This document shows positions 1 to 8,028 of a stretch of DNA of 64,000 bases, one piece after another (the stretch's first letter is position 1; the number at the start of each line of letters is the position of its first letter). Below the pieces are notes generated by a model. It was not told where the DNA came from and ran no database searches. It saw nothing but the letters and a program-made list of their open reading frames with translations. Position numbers and translations under genes: made by a program. Where the stretch lies: assembly GCA_021789495.1 (NCBI GenBank), contig JAJYJM010000009.1, positions 4,004 through 68,003 on the forward strand. The letters are read 5' to 3'. The stretch comes from Nitrospirota bacterium. Lineage in GTDB: Bacteria; Nitrospirota; JACRHJ01.

Positions 1-75
1 AATAGTCAAGGAAAATCACCGCTCTATCGCTCTTTAATACTATTATCATGGCCGCCGGATACTGTCAAATTAGTC

Positions 76-104
76 TTGACCGGGGAAAGAGTTTGTGCTA
101 ATAA
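76..104 (+). promoter_or_regulatory. sigma70-type promoter candidate (TTGACC - 17 nt - TAATAA) upstream of the fchA-like/folD pair
   Basis: TTGACC lies at 76-81. A 17-nt spacer follows, then TAATAA at 99-104. The first CDS starts 58 nt downstream. Confidence 0.4.
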
Positions 105-136
105 GTTACTTTTCTTTCAGGTGAAAGAAAAGTAAC
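105..136. repeat. Perfect 15-bp inverted repeat, GTTACTTTTCTTTCA-gg-TGAAAGAAAAGTAAC, directly after the -10 element
   Basis: Read directly from the sequence. The arms are 105-119 and 122-136 with a 2-nt spacer. No T-run follows the hairpin. Confidence 0.9.
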
Positions 137-161
137 CAAAAGAAAGCCGGACATTATTGAG

Positions 162-794
162 GTGAAAATGTATGTAGACCAGCCGATGCGGCATTTCCTG
201 GACAAGCTCTCCTCCAAATCCCCGGAACCGGGCGGCGGGAGCGCGGCGGCGCTCGTCGGCTCGGAGGCCGCGGCTCTCGTGGGAATGGTATGTTACCTCA
301 CGCTCGGCAAGGAGAAATACGCCGACGTCCAGGACGAGATAGAGATAATAAAAGACGAGTCAGAGAAGCTCCGGGCGGAGCTTATGCGGCTTTTGCAGGA
401 GGATACGGAGGCATTCGCGGCGGCATCGGCGGCATACAGGATGCCGAAGGATACCGAGGAGCAGAAGGCTGTCCGCAACAAAAAAATCCAGGAGGGCCTG
501 AAGGCCGCGACGGAGGTGCCGTTTGCAATAGGTCTTCGGGCGCTTAAAGTGGCGAGGCTGACGGTCCCGGCAGGCGAAAAGGGGAATAAGGGTGCCGTGT
601 CGGATGCAGGCGTGGCGGCCTTGTTCGCGGACGCCGCAGTGAACGCCGCCGCCATGAACGTGCGGATAAACCTGGTGTCAATAAAGGACGCGGAATACGT
701 CAAGGAGAAATGGGACACCATGCAGGCGATGGTGAAAGAGACCGGGGAATTAAAAGAGAAGGCGGCAAAGATAACATACGACAAGATAGGATAA
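162..794 (+). CDS. Cyclodeaminase/cyclohydrolase family protein (FTCD C-terminal / FchA-like methenyl-THF cyclohydrolase)
   Basis: 210 aa with a GTG start. The N-terminal motif SSKSPEPGGGSAAALVG and an all-helical sequence are typical of the family. It sits immediately upstream of folD. Confidence 0.75.
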   Translation: MKMYVDQPMRHFLDKLSSKSPEPGGGSAAALVGSEAAALVGMVCYLTLGKEKYADVQDEIEIIKDESEKLRAELMRLLQEDTEAFAAASAAYRMPKDTEEQKAVRNKKIQEGLKAATEVPFAIGLRALKVARLTVPAGEKGNKGAVSDAGVAALFADAAVNAAAMNVRINLVSIKDAEYVKEKWDTMQAMVKETGELKEKAAKITYDKIG

Positions 795-806
795 AGGAGG
801 CTTAAC

Positions 807-1721
807 ATGTCTGCGACAATCATCGACGGGAACAAAATAGGCGAGGAGATCAAGCAGGAGATAATAAAGGAGGTCGAGGCCCTGAAGGCGAAGGGCATAG
901 CGCCGGGTATTGCGACGCTTCTCGTCGGAGACAACTACGGCGCGAAGATGTACCGGGGCCAGGTAGAAAAGAATTGCGCGGAGGTCGGCTTTACGTATGT
1001 AAACTGCAACCCCGCCGAGAGCTCGACCGAGGCCGAGGTCGTTGAAGAAGTGAAAAAGCTTAACGCCGATAAATCCGTCTCCGGCATACTTCCGCTCAGG
1101 CCGTTCCCGGCCCAGATAAGCGACTCCGCAATAATTAATTGCATAGACGTAAACAAGGACATAGACTGCTTCCATCCGTCGAACATGGGCAAGCTTGTCC
1201 TGGGCGAGCCCACATTTCCGCCCGCGACTCCGGCGGCCTGCATAGAGATGCTCGACAGGCTGGGCGTTGATTTCACGGGCGCGGAGATTGTCGTCGTGGG
1301 GCATAGCAACATCGTCGGCAAGCCCGCGATGCTCATCGCCCTGAACAGAAACGCGACGACTTCCAACGTCCATATCTTCACATCCCAGAAGGGCAACACG
1401 AAAAAACACACCCTCGGCGCGGACATACTCATCGTCGCGGCGGGCAAGGCCGGTCTCGTAACGAAGGACATGGTCAAACCCGGCGCGATTGTCATAGACG
1501 TGGGTATCAACCGCGTAAACGTCCTGGATGCGGACGGCAAGCCGGTATTGAACGACAAGGGAAAGCCCAAGACCAAGACCGTCGGCGACGTGGACTTCGA
1601 GAACGTGAAGGAAGTCGCATCCGCCATCTCTCCCGTCCCCGGCGGCGTAGGCTCCGTTACGAACATGATGCTTATGAAGAACGCCCTCCGCGCCTGCAAG
1701 ATGCAGCACGGGATTTCTTAA
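807..1721 (+). CDS. folD: Bifunctional 5,10-methylene-THF dehydrogenase / methenyl-THF cyclohydrolase
   Basis: 304 aa. The N-terminus IIDGNKIGEEIK...GIAPGIATLLVGDN, then VVVGHSNIVGKP and PVPGGVGSVT, are classic FolD motifs. An AAAGGAGG RBS precedes the ATG. Confidence 0.92.
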   Translation: MSATIIDGNKIGEEIKQEIIKEVEALKAKGIAPGIATLLVGDNYGAKMYRGQVEKNCAEVGFTYVNCNPAESSTEAEVVEEVKKLNADKSVSGILPLRPFPAQISDSAIINCIDVNKDIDCFHPSNMGKLVLGEPTFPPATPAACIEMLDRLGVDFTGAEIVVVGHSNIVGKPAMLIALNRNATTSNVHIFTSQKGNTKKHTLGADILIVAAGKAGLVTKDMVKPGAIVIDVGINRVNVLDADGKPVLNDKGKPKTKTVGDVDFENVKEVASAISPVPGGVGSVTNMMLMKNALRACKMQHGIS

Positions 1722-1785
1722 TCCGTCATTTCTGAACGGAGCGAAGAATCCGAATTTCGCAGGGGGCCGGCATTGCGCCGGCCCT

Positions 1786-3048
1786 TCAAACCTTTCCCCT
1801 GTTCTCCTTCCCATAAATAATTATATATACGACAAACAGCCCGGCGGAGATTAACGCCATTATAGCGCCGTAGTAGAACGTCGCGGCGGGCGAGACATGG
1901 TCCCAGAGCCAGCCGCCGATTATGCTCGCCGGGAGGAGCGCCAGGCCCACCATCATGTTATACAGCCCGAATGCGGTCGCCTTGAATCCGGACGGCAGGA
2001 CCTCTGCTATGTACGCCTTCTGTATGCCCTCCGTCATTCCCATGAATATACCGTACGCGCCGAATAAATACCATACGTTCCGGACACTTGCATATTCTGC
2101 GAACCCGAAATATACCGCCGAGAAAAGAATAAACCCCGCCAGTATTATGCGCTTTCTGCCAAATTTGTCCGCCGCGATCCCGGCCGGCAGGGATACAAGC
2201 GAATAAATCGTGTTGAACATCATGTATAAAAGCGGGATGATTGCCGGACTTATTCCCGCGTGCCGGGCGCGCAGGATGAGGAACGCGTCGCTTGAATTAC
2301 CGGCGGAGAATATCGCAGCGATTACGACAAAAAACTTAAACCTGCCGGACAGCGCGCGGAAAGATAATCCTGACGGGCCGGAAGACCGGCTTCCTGCCTG
2401 TCCGGAAACGGCGGTTTTCTGCCGGTTGCCGGCCTGCTTACCCGCGGTTTCGCGGATAAAGAGGATTATCGTGATTACCGCGAGCGCGCCCGGTATCATC
2501 GAGACCCAGAAGACGTTGCGGAAGTTACCGGAAAAGGCCCTGAGCATGAAGAACGCCGTCGCCGGGCCTATTACCGCGCCGACGGTGTCCATTGCGCGGT
2601 GGAAACCGAAGGCCGCTCCGTACCTGTCCGGCTCGGTCGATTCGGCGATTATGGCATCCCTTGGAGCGGTGCGCACGCCCTTGCCGACACGGTCGAGAAA
2701 CCGGGCTATCAGCGCCATGTGCCAGCCGGTGGCGAGCGCGACGATGGGGCGGCTCAGTGTGGAGAATCCGTATCCACCCGCCGTCAGTCCCTTGCGTTTG
2801 CCGACTTTGTCGGACAGCCAGCCGGAGAATATCTTGACGATACTCGCCGTGGACTCGGCGACACCTTCGATGAGGCCGATTAACTCCTTGCTTGCGCCAA
2901 GGACGCTGGAGAGAAAAAGCGGCATCAGGGGATATATCATCTCGCTCGATATGTCCATGAGCAGGCTGACAACCCCGGCCACGTATATGTTGCGGCTGAG
3001 GCCAAGCTTTTTCATTGCCCTTGCTCGCTGACCACTGACGGCTGACAC
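1786..3048 (-). CDS. MFS transporter
   Basis: 420 aa with about 12 hydrophobic segments. An MFS loop motif, SDKVGKRKG, lies between TM2 and TM3. The true start may be the internal MKKLG at 3015. Confidence 0.75.
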   Translation of the reverse strand: MSAVSGQRARAMKKLGLSRNIYVAGVVSLLMDISSEMIYPLMPLFLSSVLGASKELIGLIEGVAESTASIVKIFSGWLSDKVGKRKGLTAGGYGFSTLSRPIVALATGWHMALIARFLDRVGKGVRTAPRDAIIAESTEPDRYGAAFGFHRAMDTVGAVIGPATAFFMLRAFSGNFRNVFWVSMIPGALAVITIILFIRETAGKQAGNRQKTAVSGQAGSRSSGPSGLSFRALSGRFKFFVVIAAIFSAGNSSDAFLILRARHAGISPAIIPLLYMMFNTIYSLVSLPAGIAADKFGRKRIILAGFILFSAVYFGFAEYASVRNVWYLFGAYGIFMGMTEGIQKAYIAEVLPSGFKATAFGLYNMMVGLALLPASIIGGWLWDHVSPAATFYYGAIMALISAGLFVVYIIIYGKENRGKV

Positions 3049-3064
3049 CTGGCCCCTGTTTTTT

Positions 3065-3496
3065 TTACTTTACGATTGTAACTGAGCAGTGCGAGTATGA
3101 AGCCACCCGCCTCGAAACCGAGCCGAGCAGCCAGTCGGCGACCTTGGACCTGCCCCTGTGGCCTATCACAATCATGTCGCAGCCCTTCTCCTGCGCGTAT
3201 TTTACTATCATATCGGCGGGATGCCCGACGATTACCTTGGTGTCTATTTTTACCCCCTTCTTCTCAGCCTCGGCCTTGAGGCCCTTGAAGAGGTCTTCGT
3301 AATATTTCGTGATGCCGTCAATTATGGCGCCAGGGTTCATCTCGACGTAATCCATCGGCTCCGGCATCTGCGCCACGGAAACGACTACAAGCTTTGTGGA
3401 CGCATCCGGGCAGTTGACCGCCATTTCCAGCGCGAATTTGAATGCGTCATGGGCCTTTTCCGAGCCGTCGTATGCGACAAGCACCTTTTTGTACAT
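3065..3496 (-). CDS. Universal stress protein (UspA family)
   Basis: 143 aa. It begins MYKKVLVAYDGSE and carries a C-terminal ATP-binding motif GHRGRSKVADWLLGSVS. Confidence 0.85.
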   Translation of the reverse strand: MYKKVLVAYDGSEKAHDAFKFALEMAVNCPDASTKLVVVSVAQMPEPMDYVEMNPGAIIDGITKYYEDLFKGLKAEAEKKGVKIDTKVIVGHPADMIVKYAQEKGCDMIVIGHRGRSKVADWLLGSVSRRVASYSHCSVTIVK

Positions 3497-3623
3497 ACCG
3501 TCCTCCTTTTTAAAACGGGTTCCTGGTTTACTCGCCCCCTCTCGCTATTTCTATTTAAAAGATATAGTGAACCGGACACGCGGTCAAGCGGAAATCGTAA
3601 TTTCCCGTAAAAGCACGGTATTC

Positions 3624-3653
3624 TTGACATCGAATGCCCGCTGGTGATATGAT
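3624..3653 (+). promoter_or_regulatory. sigma70-type promoter candidate for ileS (TTGACA - 18 nt - TATGAT)
   Basis: The hexamers were read directly, and the site lies 40 nt upstream of the ileS ATG. Confidence 0.4.
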
Positions 3654-3692
3654 TCCCTATTCTGACAATACCATAATTATTCAAGGATAATA

Positions 3693-6626
3693 ATGGACTA
3701 CAAAGACACCCTGAACCTACCGCGCACGGACTTCCCAATGCGGGCAAACCTCTCCGCAAAGGAGCTGGATTTCCTGAAGACCTGGAAGGAGTTAGACCTC
3801 TACGGGCTTCTCCGGGCGCGCGGCGAAGGCAAGGAGAAGTTCATTCTCCACGACGGCCCGCCCTACGCCAACGGCCATATCCATATCGGCCACGCGCTTA
3901 ACAAGATATTGAAGGACATTATCGTGAAGGCCAAGACGATGGAGGGTTTCGACGCCCCCTACGTCCCCGGCTGGGACTGCCACGGCCTCCCGATAGAACT
4001 CCAGGTTGACAAGGACCTGAAGGGTAAAAAAGACTCCATGCCGCCGGGCGAGTTCCGGGGGCATTGCCGGGAATATGCGAAAAAGTTCGTGGAGATACAA
4101 AGAGACGAGTTCATCCGGCTCGGCGTAATCGGGGACTGGCATAACCCCTACCTCACGATGAACTATCCTTACGAGGCCGCAATCGTCCGGGAGTTTGGGA
4201 AGTTCGTGGGGAACGGCGGGGTATACAAGGGCAAAAAGCCAATACACTGGTGCGCGTCCTGCGTCACGGCGCTTGCAGAGGCGGAGGTCGAATACGCAGA
4301 CCATACATCGAAGTCGGTTTATGTAAAGTTTAAGCTCGACGGAACGCTGGCGGACTGGGCGGAGAAGAAGAACCCGGCGGCTAAGGAGACGTTGAAGAAA
4401 ATTCAGGAAATAGCGGGTGAGAAACCGGTGTACGCCGTAATCTGGACGACTACGCCGTGGACGCTGCCTGCGAATTTGGCGCTGTCGGTGCATCCTGAGT
4501 TTGAATATGTGATTATAGAGGTGGACGAACTATCATCTGGCAAGAAAGAATTTTTAATTGTTGCAAATGACCTATTGGGTCCCTTCTTACAGATAACGCT
4601 TAACTCAACCTCTGTACCGATTAAATTAGACGACCGCAGAACAATTGAATTTTCGCGCTATGGAACCAGGATTATTTCTAAAGTTAGAGGAGCGTATCTC
4701 GAAGGTCTCAATTTCCAGCACCCGTTTTTAGACCGCCTCTCGCCCGTGCTGGTCGGCGAGCACGTTACGCTTGATGCGGGCACGGGGATAGTCCACACCG
4801 CGCCGGGGCACGGGCAGGAGGACTTCGAGATAGGCCAGAGATACGGCCTCGACATATACACGCCGGTGGACGACCATGGGAAATTCACGGACGACGTGAA
4901 ATTCTTCGCGGGCCGGCACGTATTCAAGGCGGACGACGCCATCATAGAGAAATTAAAAGAGGTCGGCGCGCTCCTGGCGATGGAGAAAATCTCCCACTCC
5001 TATCCGCACTGCTGGCGGTGCAAGAACCCGGTGCTCTTCCGCGCGACGGAGCAGTGGTTCATCTCGATGGAGAAGAACAATCTCCGCAGGAATGCGCTGG
5101 AATACATAAACAAGATTAAATGGGTTCCGGAATGGGGGATAGACCGCATACGCGGCATGATAGAGAACCGCCCGGACTGGTGCATATCGCGCCAGAGGTC
5201 GTGGGGCGTGCCTATTACGATATTCCAGTGCGCCGGGTGCGGCGAGCGGCTGATGGACGAAGAAATCGTCGGGCACGTGGCGAATCTCATGGAGAAGGAA
5301 GGCGCGGACATCTGGTTCACTAAGGACGCAAATGAACTCCTGCCCGGCGGGACAAAGTGCCCGAAGTGCGGCGGCGGGGAGTTTAAAAAAGAATCCGACA
5401 TACTCGATGTCTGGTTCGACTCCGGCGTCAGCCAGGCGGCGGTATTGAAGAAGCGGCCTGAGCTTGGATGGCCTGCGGACTTATATCTTGAAGGCAGCGA
5501 CCAGCACAGGGGCTGGTTCCAGAGCTCTCTCCTCACCTCTGTCGGCACGGTCGGCAAGGCCCCGTTTGTAAGCGTCCTCACCCACGGTTTTACGATGGAC
5601 GGCAATGGCAAAAAAATGTCCAAATCCAAGGGCAACGTCATCGCCCCGCAGAAGGTAATCGACCAGTACGGTGCGGAAATCTTAAGGCTCTGGGTCTCGG
5701 CGTCGGATTACACGGAAGACGTGCGCATCTCCGACGAGATATTGAAACGCCTGTCAGAGGCATACCGTCGCATCAGGAACACGGCGCGATACATATTGGG
5801 TAATTTATATGACTTCGACCCGGCCAAGGACGCCGTGCCTTATAAGGATATGCCGGAGCTTGACAGATGGGCGCTGCACCGCCTCCAGGCGCTGAACAAA
5901 AAAATCCGGCAGGCATACAACGACAGCCAGTTCCATCTCATATACCATAACCTGCACAACTTCTGCGCCGTGGACATGAGCGCGTTTTATCTGGACGTCC
6001 TGAAGGACAGACTATATACGGAAAAGCCCGGCGGAATCCTTCGCCGTTCGGCGCAAACTGCGATGCATGAGATACTCTCCGGCATGACCCGGCTGATGGC
6101 CCCGGTGTTATCGTTCACGGCGGAAGAGGTGTGGGGATTTTTGCCGGGCGCGGAGAAGGAGAAGAGCGTGCATCTGGCATCGTTCCCGGAGATGCATGAG
6201 GAGTGGACGGACGATGAGCTTGAGGCACGGTGGGACAGAATTCTCGCCATCCGGGGCGAGGCGGCACTGGAACTTGAAAAACTCCGAGCGGATAGAGTCA
6301 TAGGGCATTCGCTGGATGCAAAAGTGGAAATTTATGTCAACAAAGATTGGTATGATTTTCTTCAAAATTATACGAATGATCTCGCTTCAATTTTCATAGT
6401 CTCAGAGATAAACTTGCATGTACCTGACGAATATGATGAGGCCCTGACAAAAAGGCTGAATGATCGAAATAGGGGTATCTGTAAACGATTTCACGAGTTT
6501 TTCTTTGAAGCCTCCCCCGCCGAAGGGGTAAAGTGCGAGCGGTGCTGGCAGATTAAGAAGGATGTGGGAAGCTCCACGGCGCATCCGACGCTGTGCGGCA
6601 GGTGCGCGGGGGTATCGGAAGGGTAA
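3693..6626 (+). CDS. ileS: Isoleucyl-tRNA synthetase (type 1, with C-terminal zinc-finger)
   Basis: 977 aa. It has HIGH (PYANGHIHIGH), KMSKS (KKMSKSKGN), a CP1 editing region, and C-terminal CERC...CGRC. Confidence 0.97.
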   Translation: MDYKDTLNLPRTDFPMRANLSAKELDFLKTWKELDLYGLLRARGEGKEKFILHDGPPYANGHIHIGHALNKILKDIIVKAKTMEGFDAPYVPGWDCHGLPIELQVDKDLKGKKDSMPPGEFRGHCREYAKKFVEIQRDEFIRLGVIGDWHNPYLTMNYPYEAAIVREFGKFVGNGGVYKGKKPIHWCASCVTALAEAEVEYADHTSKSVYVKFKLDGTLADWAEKKNPAAKETLKKIQEIAGEKPVYAVIWTTTPWTLPANLALSVHPEFEYVIIEVDELSSGKKEFLIVANDLLGPFLQITLNSTSVPIKLDDRRTIEFSRYGTRIISKVRGAYLEGLNFQHPFLDRLSPVLVGEHVTLDAGTGIVHTAPGHGQEDFEIGQRYGLDIYTPVDDHGKFTDDVKFFAGRHVFKADDAIIEKLKEVGALLAMEKISHSYPHCWRCKNPVLFRATEQWFISMEKNNLRRNALEYINKIKWVPEWGIDRIRGMIENRPDWCISRQRSWGVPITIFQCAGCGERLMDEEIVGHVANLMEKEGADIWFTKDANELLPGGTKCPKCGGGEFKKESDILDVWFDSGVSQAAVLKKRPELGWPADLYLEGSDQHRGWFQSSLLTSVGTVGKAPFVSVLTHGFTMDGNGKKMSKSKGNVIAPQKVIDQYGAEILRLWVSASDYTEDVRISDEILKRLSEAYRRIRNTARYILGNLYDFDPAKDAVPYKDMPELDRWALHRLQALNKKIRQAYNDSQFHLIYHNLHNFCAVDMSAFYLDVLKDRLYTEKPGGILRRSAQTAMHEILSGMTRLMAPVLSFTAEEVWGFLPGAEKEKSVHLASFPEMHEEWTDDELEARWDRILAIRGEAALELEKLRADRVIGHSLDAKVEIYVNKDWYDFLQNYTNDLASIFIVSEINLHVPDEYDEALTKRLNDRNRGICKRFHEFFFEASPAEGVKCERCWQIKKDVGSSTAHPTLCGRCAGVSEG

Positions 6627-6640
6627 ATAACCCAAAGTAT

Positions 6641-6737
6641 GTCATTCTGAGGCCCGTTACTTTGGGCCGAAGAATCCACAGTAGGTTTTGAAGTTCTGAA
6701 AAGTCAAAGGTGGATTCTTCGCTTCGCTCAGAATGAC
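6641..6737. repeat. Full palindromic copy of the GTCATTCTGAG...GAAGAATCC hairpin-repeat family (MITE/REP-like)
   Basis: The left unit is GTCATTCTGAGgcccgttactttgggccGAAGAATCC (6641-6677). The right unit is the inverse, GGATTCTTCgcttcgCTCAGAATGAC (6712-6737). Related units occur at 11744, 12374, 21280, 50087 and 56718. Confidence 0.85.
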
Positions 6738-6745
6738 ATCCTACT

Positions 6746-6786
6746 TCCCCCTCTTAAGATAAGAGGGGGAACGGGGGGGCGTTATG
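6746..6786. repeat. Copy 1 of the second repeat family: palindrome TCCCCCTCTTA-aga-TAAGAGGGGGA followed by a GGGGGCGTTATG tail
   Basis: A near-identical 44-nt copy lies at 32790-32834, and a split copy at 56800-56895. Confidence 0.85.
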
Positions 6787-6788
6787 AA

Positions 6789-7292
6789 ATGGATTTGGTA
6801 TTGCCATTGTCCCGAAAAAGTAAGATAATATTAACAGTCGGAAGCGCGATATTCTGCCTCGACCGGCTGACAAAGCTCCTGGTTGCGCGGGACATGACGC
6901 CCGGAGAATCGCTCAGGGTTATAAAGGGATTTTTTGACATCACCCTTGTCCATAACACCGGGGCGGCGTTTGGCATTATGGCCTATGCGCCGGAGAGCCT
7001 CAGGCTCCCGTTCCTGCTTGTCAGCGCGGTTTTGGCGGTTCTGCTCCTGCTTTATTTTGTCAGGAAGACGGAGGAAAACGAGTCCCTGACGCTTGTCGCG
7101 CTCGCAATGGTAATAGGCGGTGCGGCAGGAAATATCGCCGACAGGGCGGCGCTCGGCTATGTCATCGATTTCATAGACTGGCACGCAAGGGAGTTTTACC
7201 ACTGGCCGGCGTTCAATATCGCCGATTCCGGCATTACGGTCGGAGTGTTCCTCCTGGGTTACGAGTTCCTTGTAAGAAAGAAGACGGGGTAG
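6789..7292 (+). CDS. lspA: Lipoprotein signal peptidase (signal peptidase II)
   Basis: 167 aa with four TM segments. Motifs are LVHNTGAAFG and FNIADSGITVG. It follows ileS, as in many bacteria. Confidence 0.92.
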   Translation: MDLVLPLSRKSKIILTVGSAIFCLDRLTKLLVARDMTPGESLRVIKGFFDITLVHNTGAAFGIMAYAPESLRLPFLLVSAVLAVLLLLYFVRKTEENESLTLVALAMVIGGAAGNIADRAALGYVIDFIDWHAREFYHWPAFNIADSGITVGVFLLGYEFLVRKKTG

Positions 7293-7293
7293 G

Positions 7294-8028
7294 ATGGCGG
7301 AGGTCGTTTTGGATAAGAAACTGAGCCAGGCTTTTAACAAGGGCCAGGATGCGCTCGAGAGCGGTAACTGGCTTATGGCTGTCCAATGGTTCAGGAAGTG
7401 CATAGAGATTGACCCGAAGTATGCCCCCGCATACCACGAGCTCGCGGACATATATTTCCATAACGCGCAGTATGACGCCGCGCTCGAAGTTATTATAGAG
7501 GCCATAAAGCTCGACCCCGCCGACATGGAATCCACCTTCGCGCTGGCCAGCGTATACGTCGCCCAGGAGAAGTTCCTTGAGGCCCTGCGCGTATTCAAAC
7601 GCCTGGAACAGGAGGCCCCGGAGTTCGCGCCGGAGCTTTATTACAACATGGGCGTCTGCTACAAGAACCTTGGATACCCGGATTACGCACTGGATTACTT
7701 AAAGCTCGCGCTGGAGGATGACCCCTCGTATTTCGAGTGCCTCGAAATCATCGGAAAGCTCCACTTCGAGGCCGGGAGGCTTGAGGACGCCAAAAAATCC
7801 TTCAAGGCTGCCCTGGACGCCGACCCCGGCAATGTCGAAGCGCACCACATGCTCGGCGATATTTACGCGAAAGAGATGGACTGGGACGCTTCCATCAGGG
7901 AATGGGAGACCGTGCTCGACATCTCGCCCAAGACCGACGAGGCGTTAAGAAAGCTGGCCATAACGTCGATAACCGACGCCAAGGCATTAAAAACGACAAA
8001 GGACAAGAAGGAGAGCAAGGAGAAATAA
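7294..8028 (+). CDS. Tetratricopeptide (TPR) repeat protein
   Basis: 244 aa. It has repeated 34-aa units with the A..Y..LA..Y......A pattern and a Lys-rich C-terminal tail. It sits between lspA and lgt. Confidence 0.8.
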   Translation: MAEVVLDKKLSQAFNKGQDALESGNWLMAVQWFRKCIEIDPKYAPAYHELADIYFHNAQYDAALEVIIEAIKLDPADMESTFALASVYVAQEKFLEALRVFKRLEQEAPEFAPELYYNMGVCYKNLGYPDYALDYLKLALEDDPSYFECLEIIGKLHFEAGRLEDAKKSFKAALDADPGNVEAHHMLGDIYAKEMDWDASIREWETVLDISPKTDEALRKLAITSITDAKALKTTKDKKESKEK

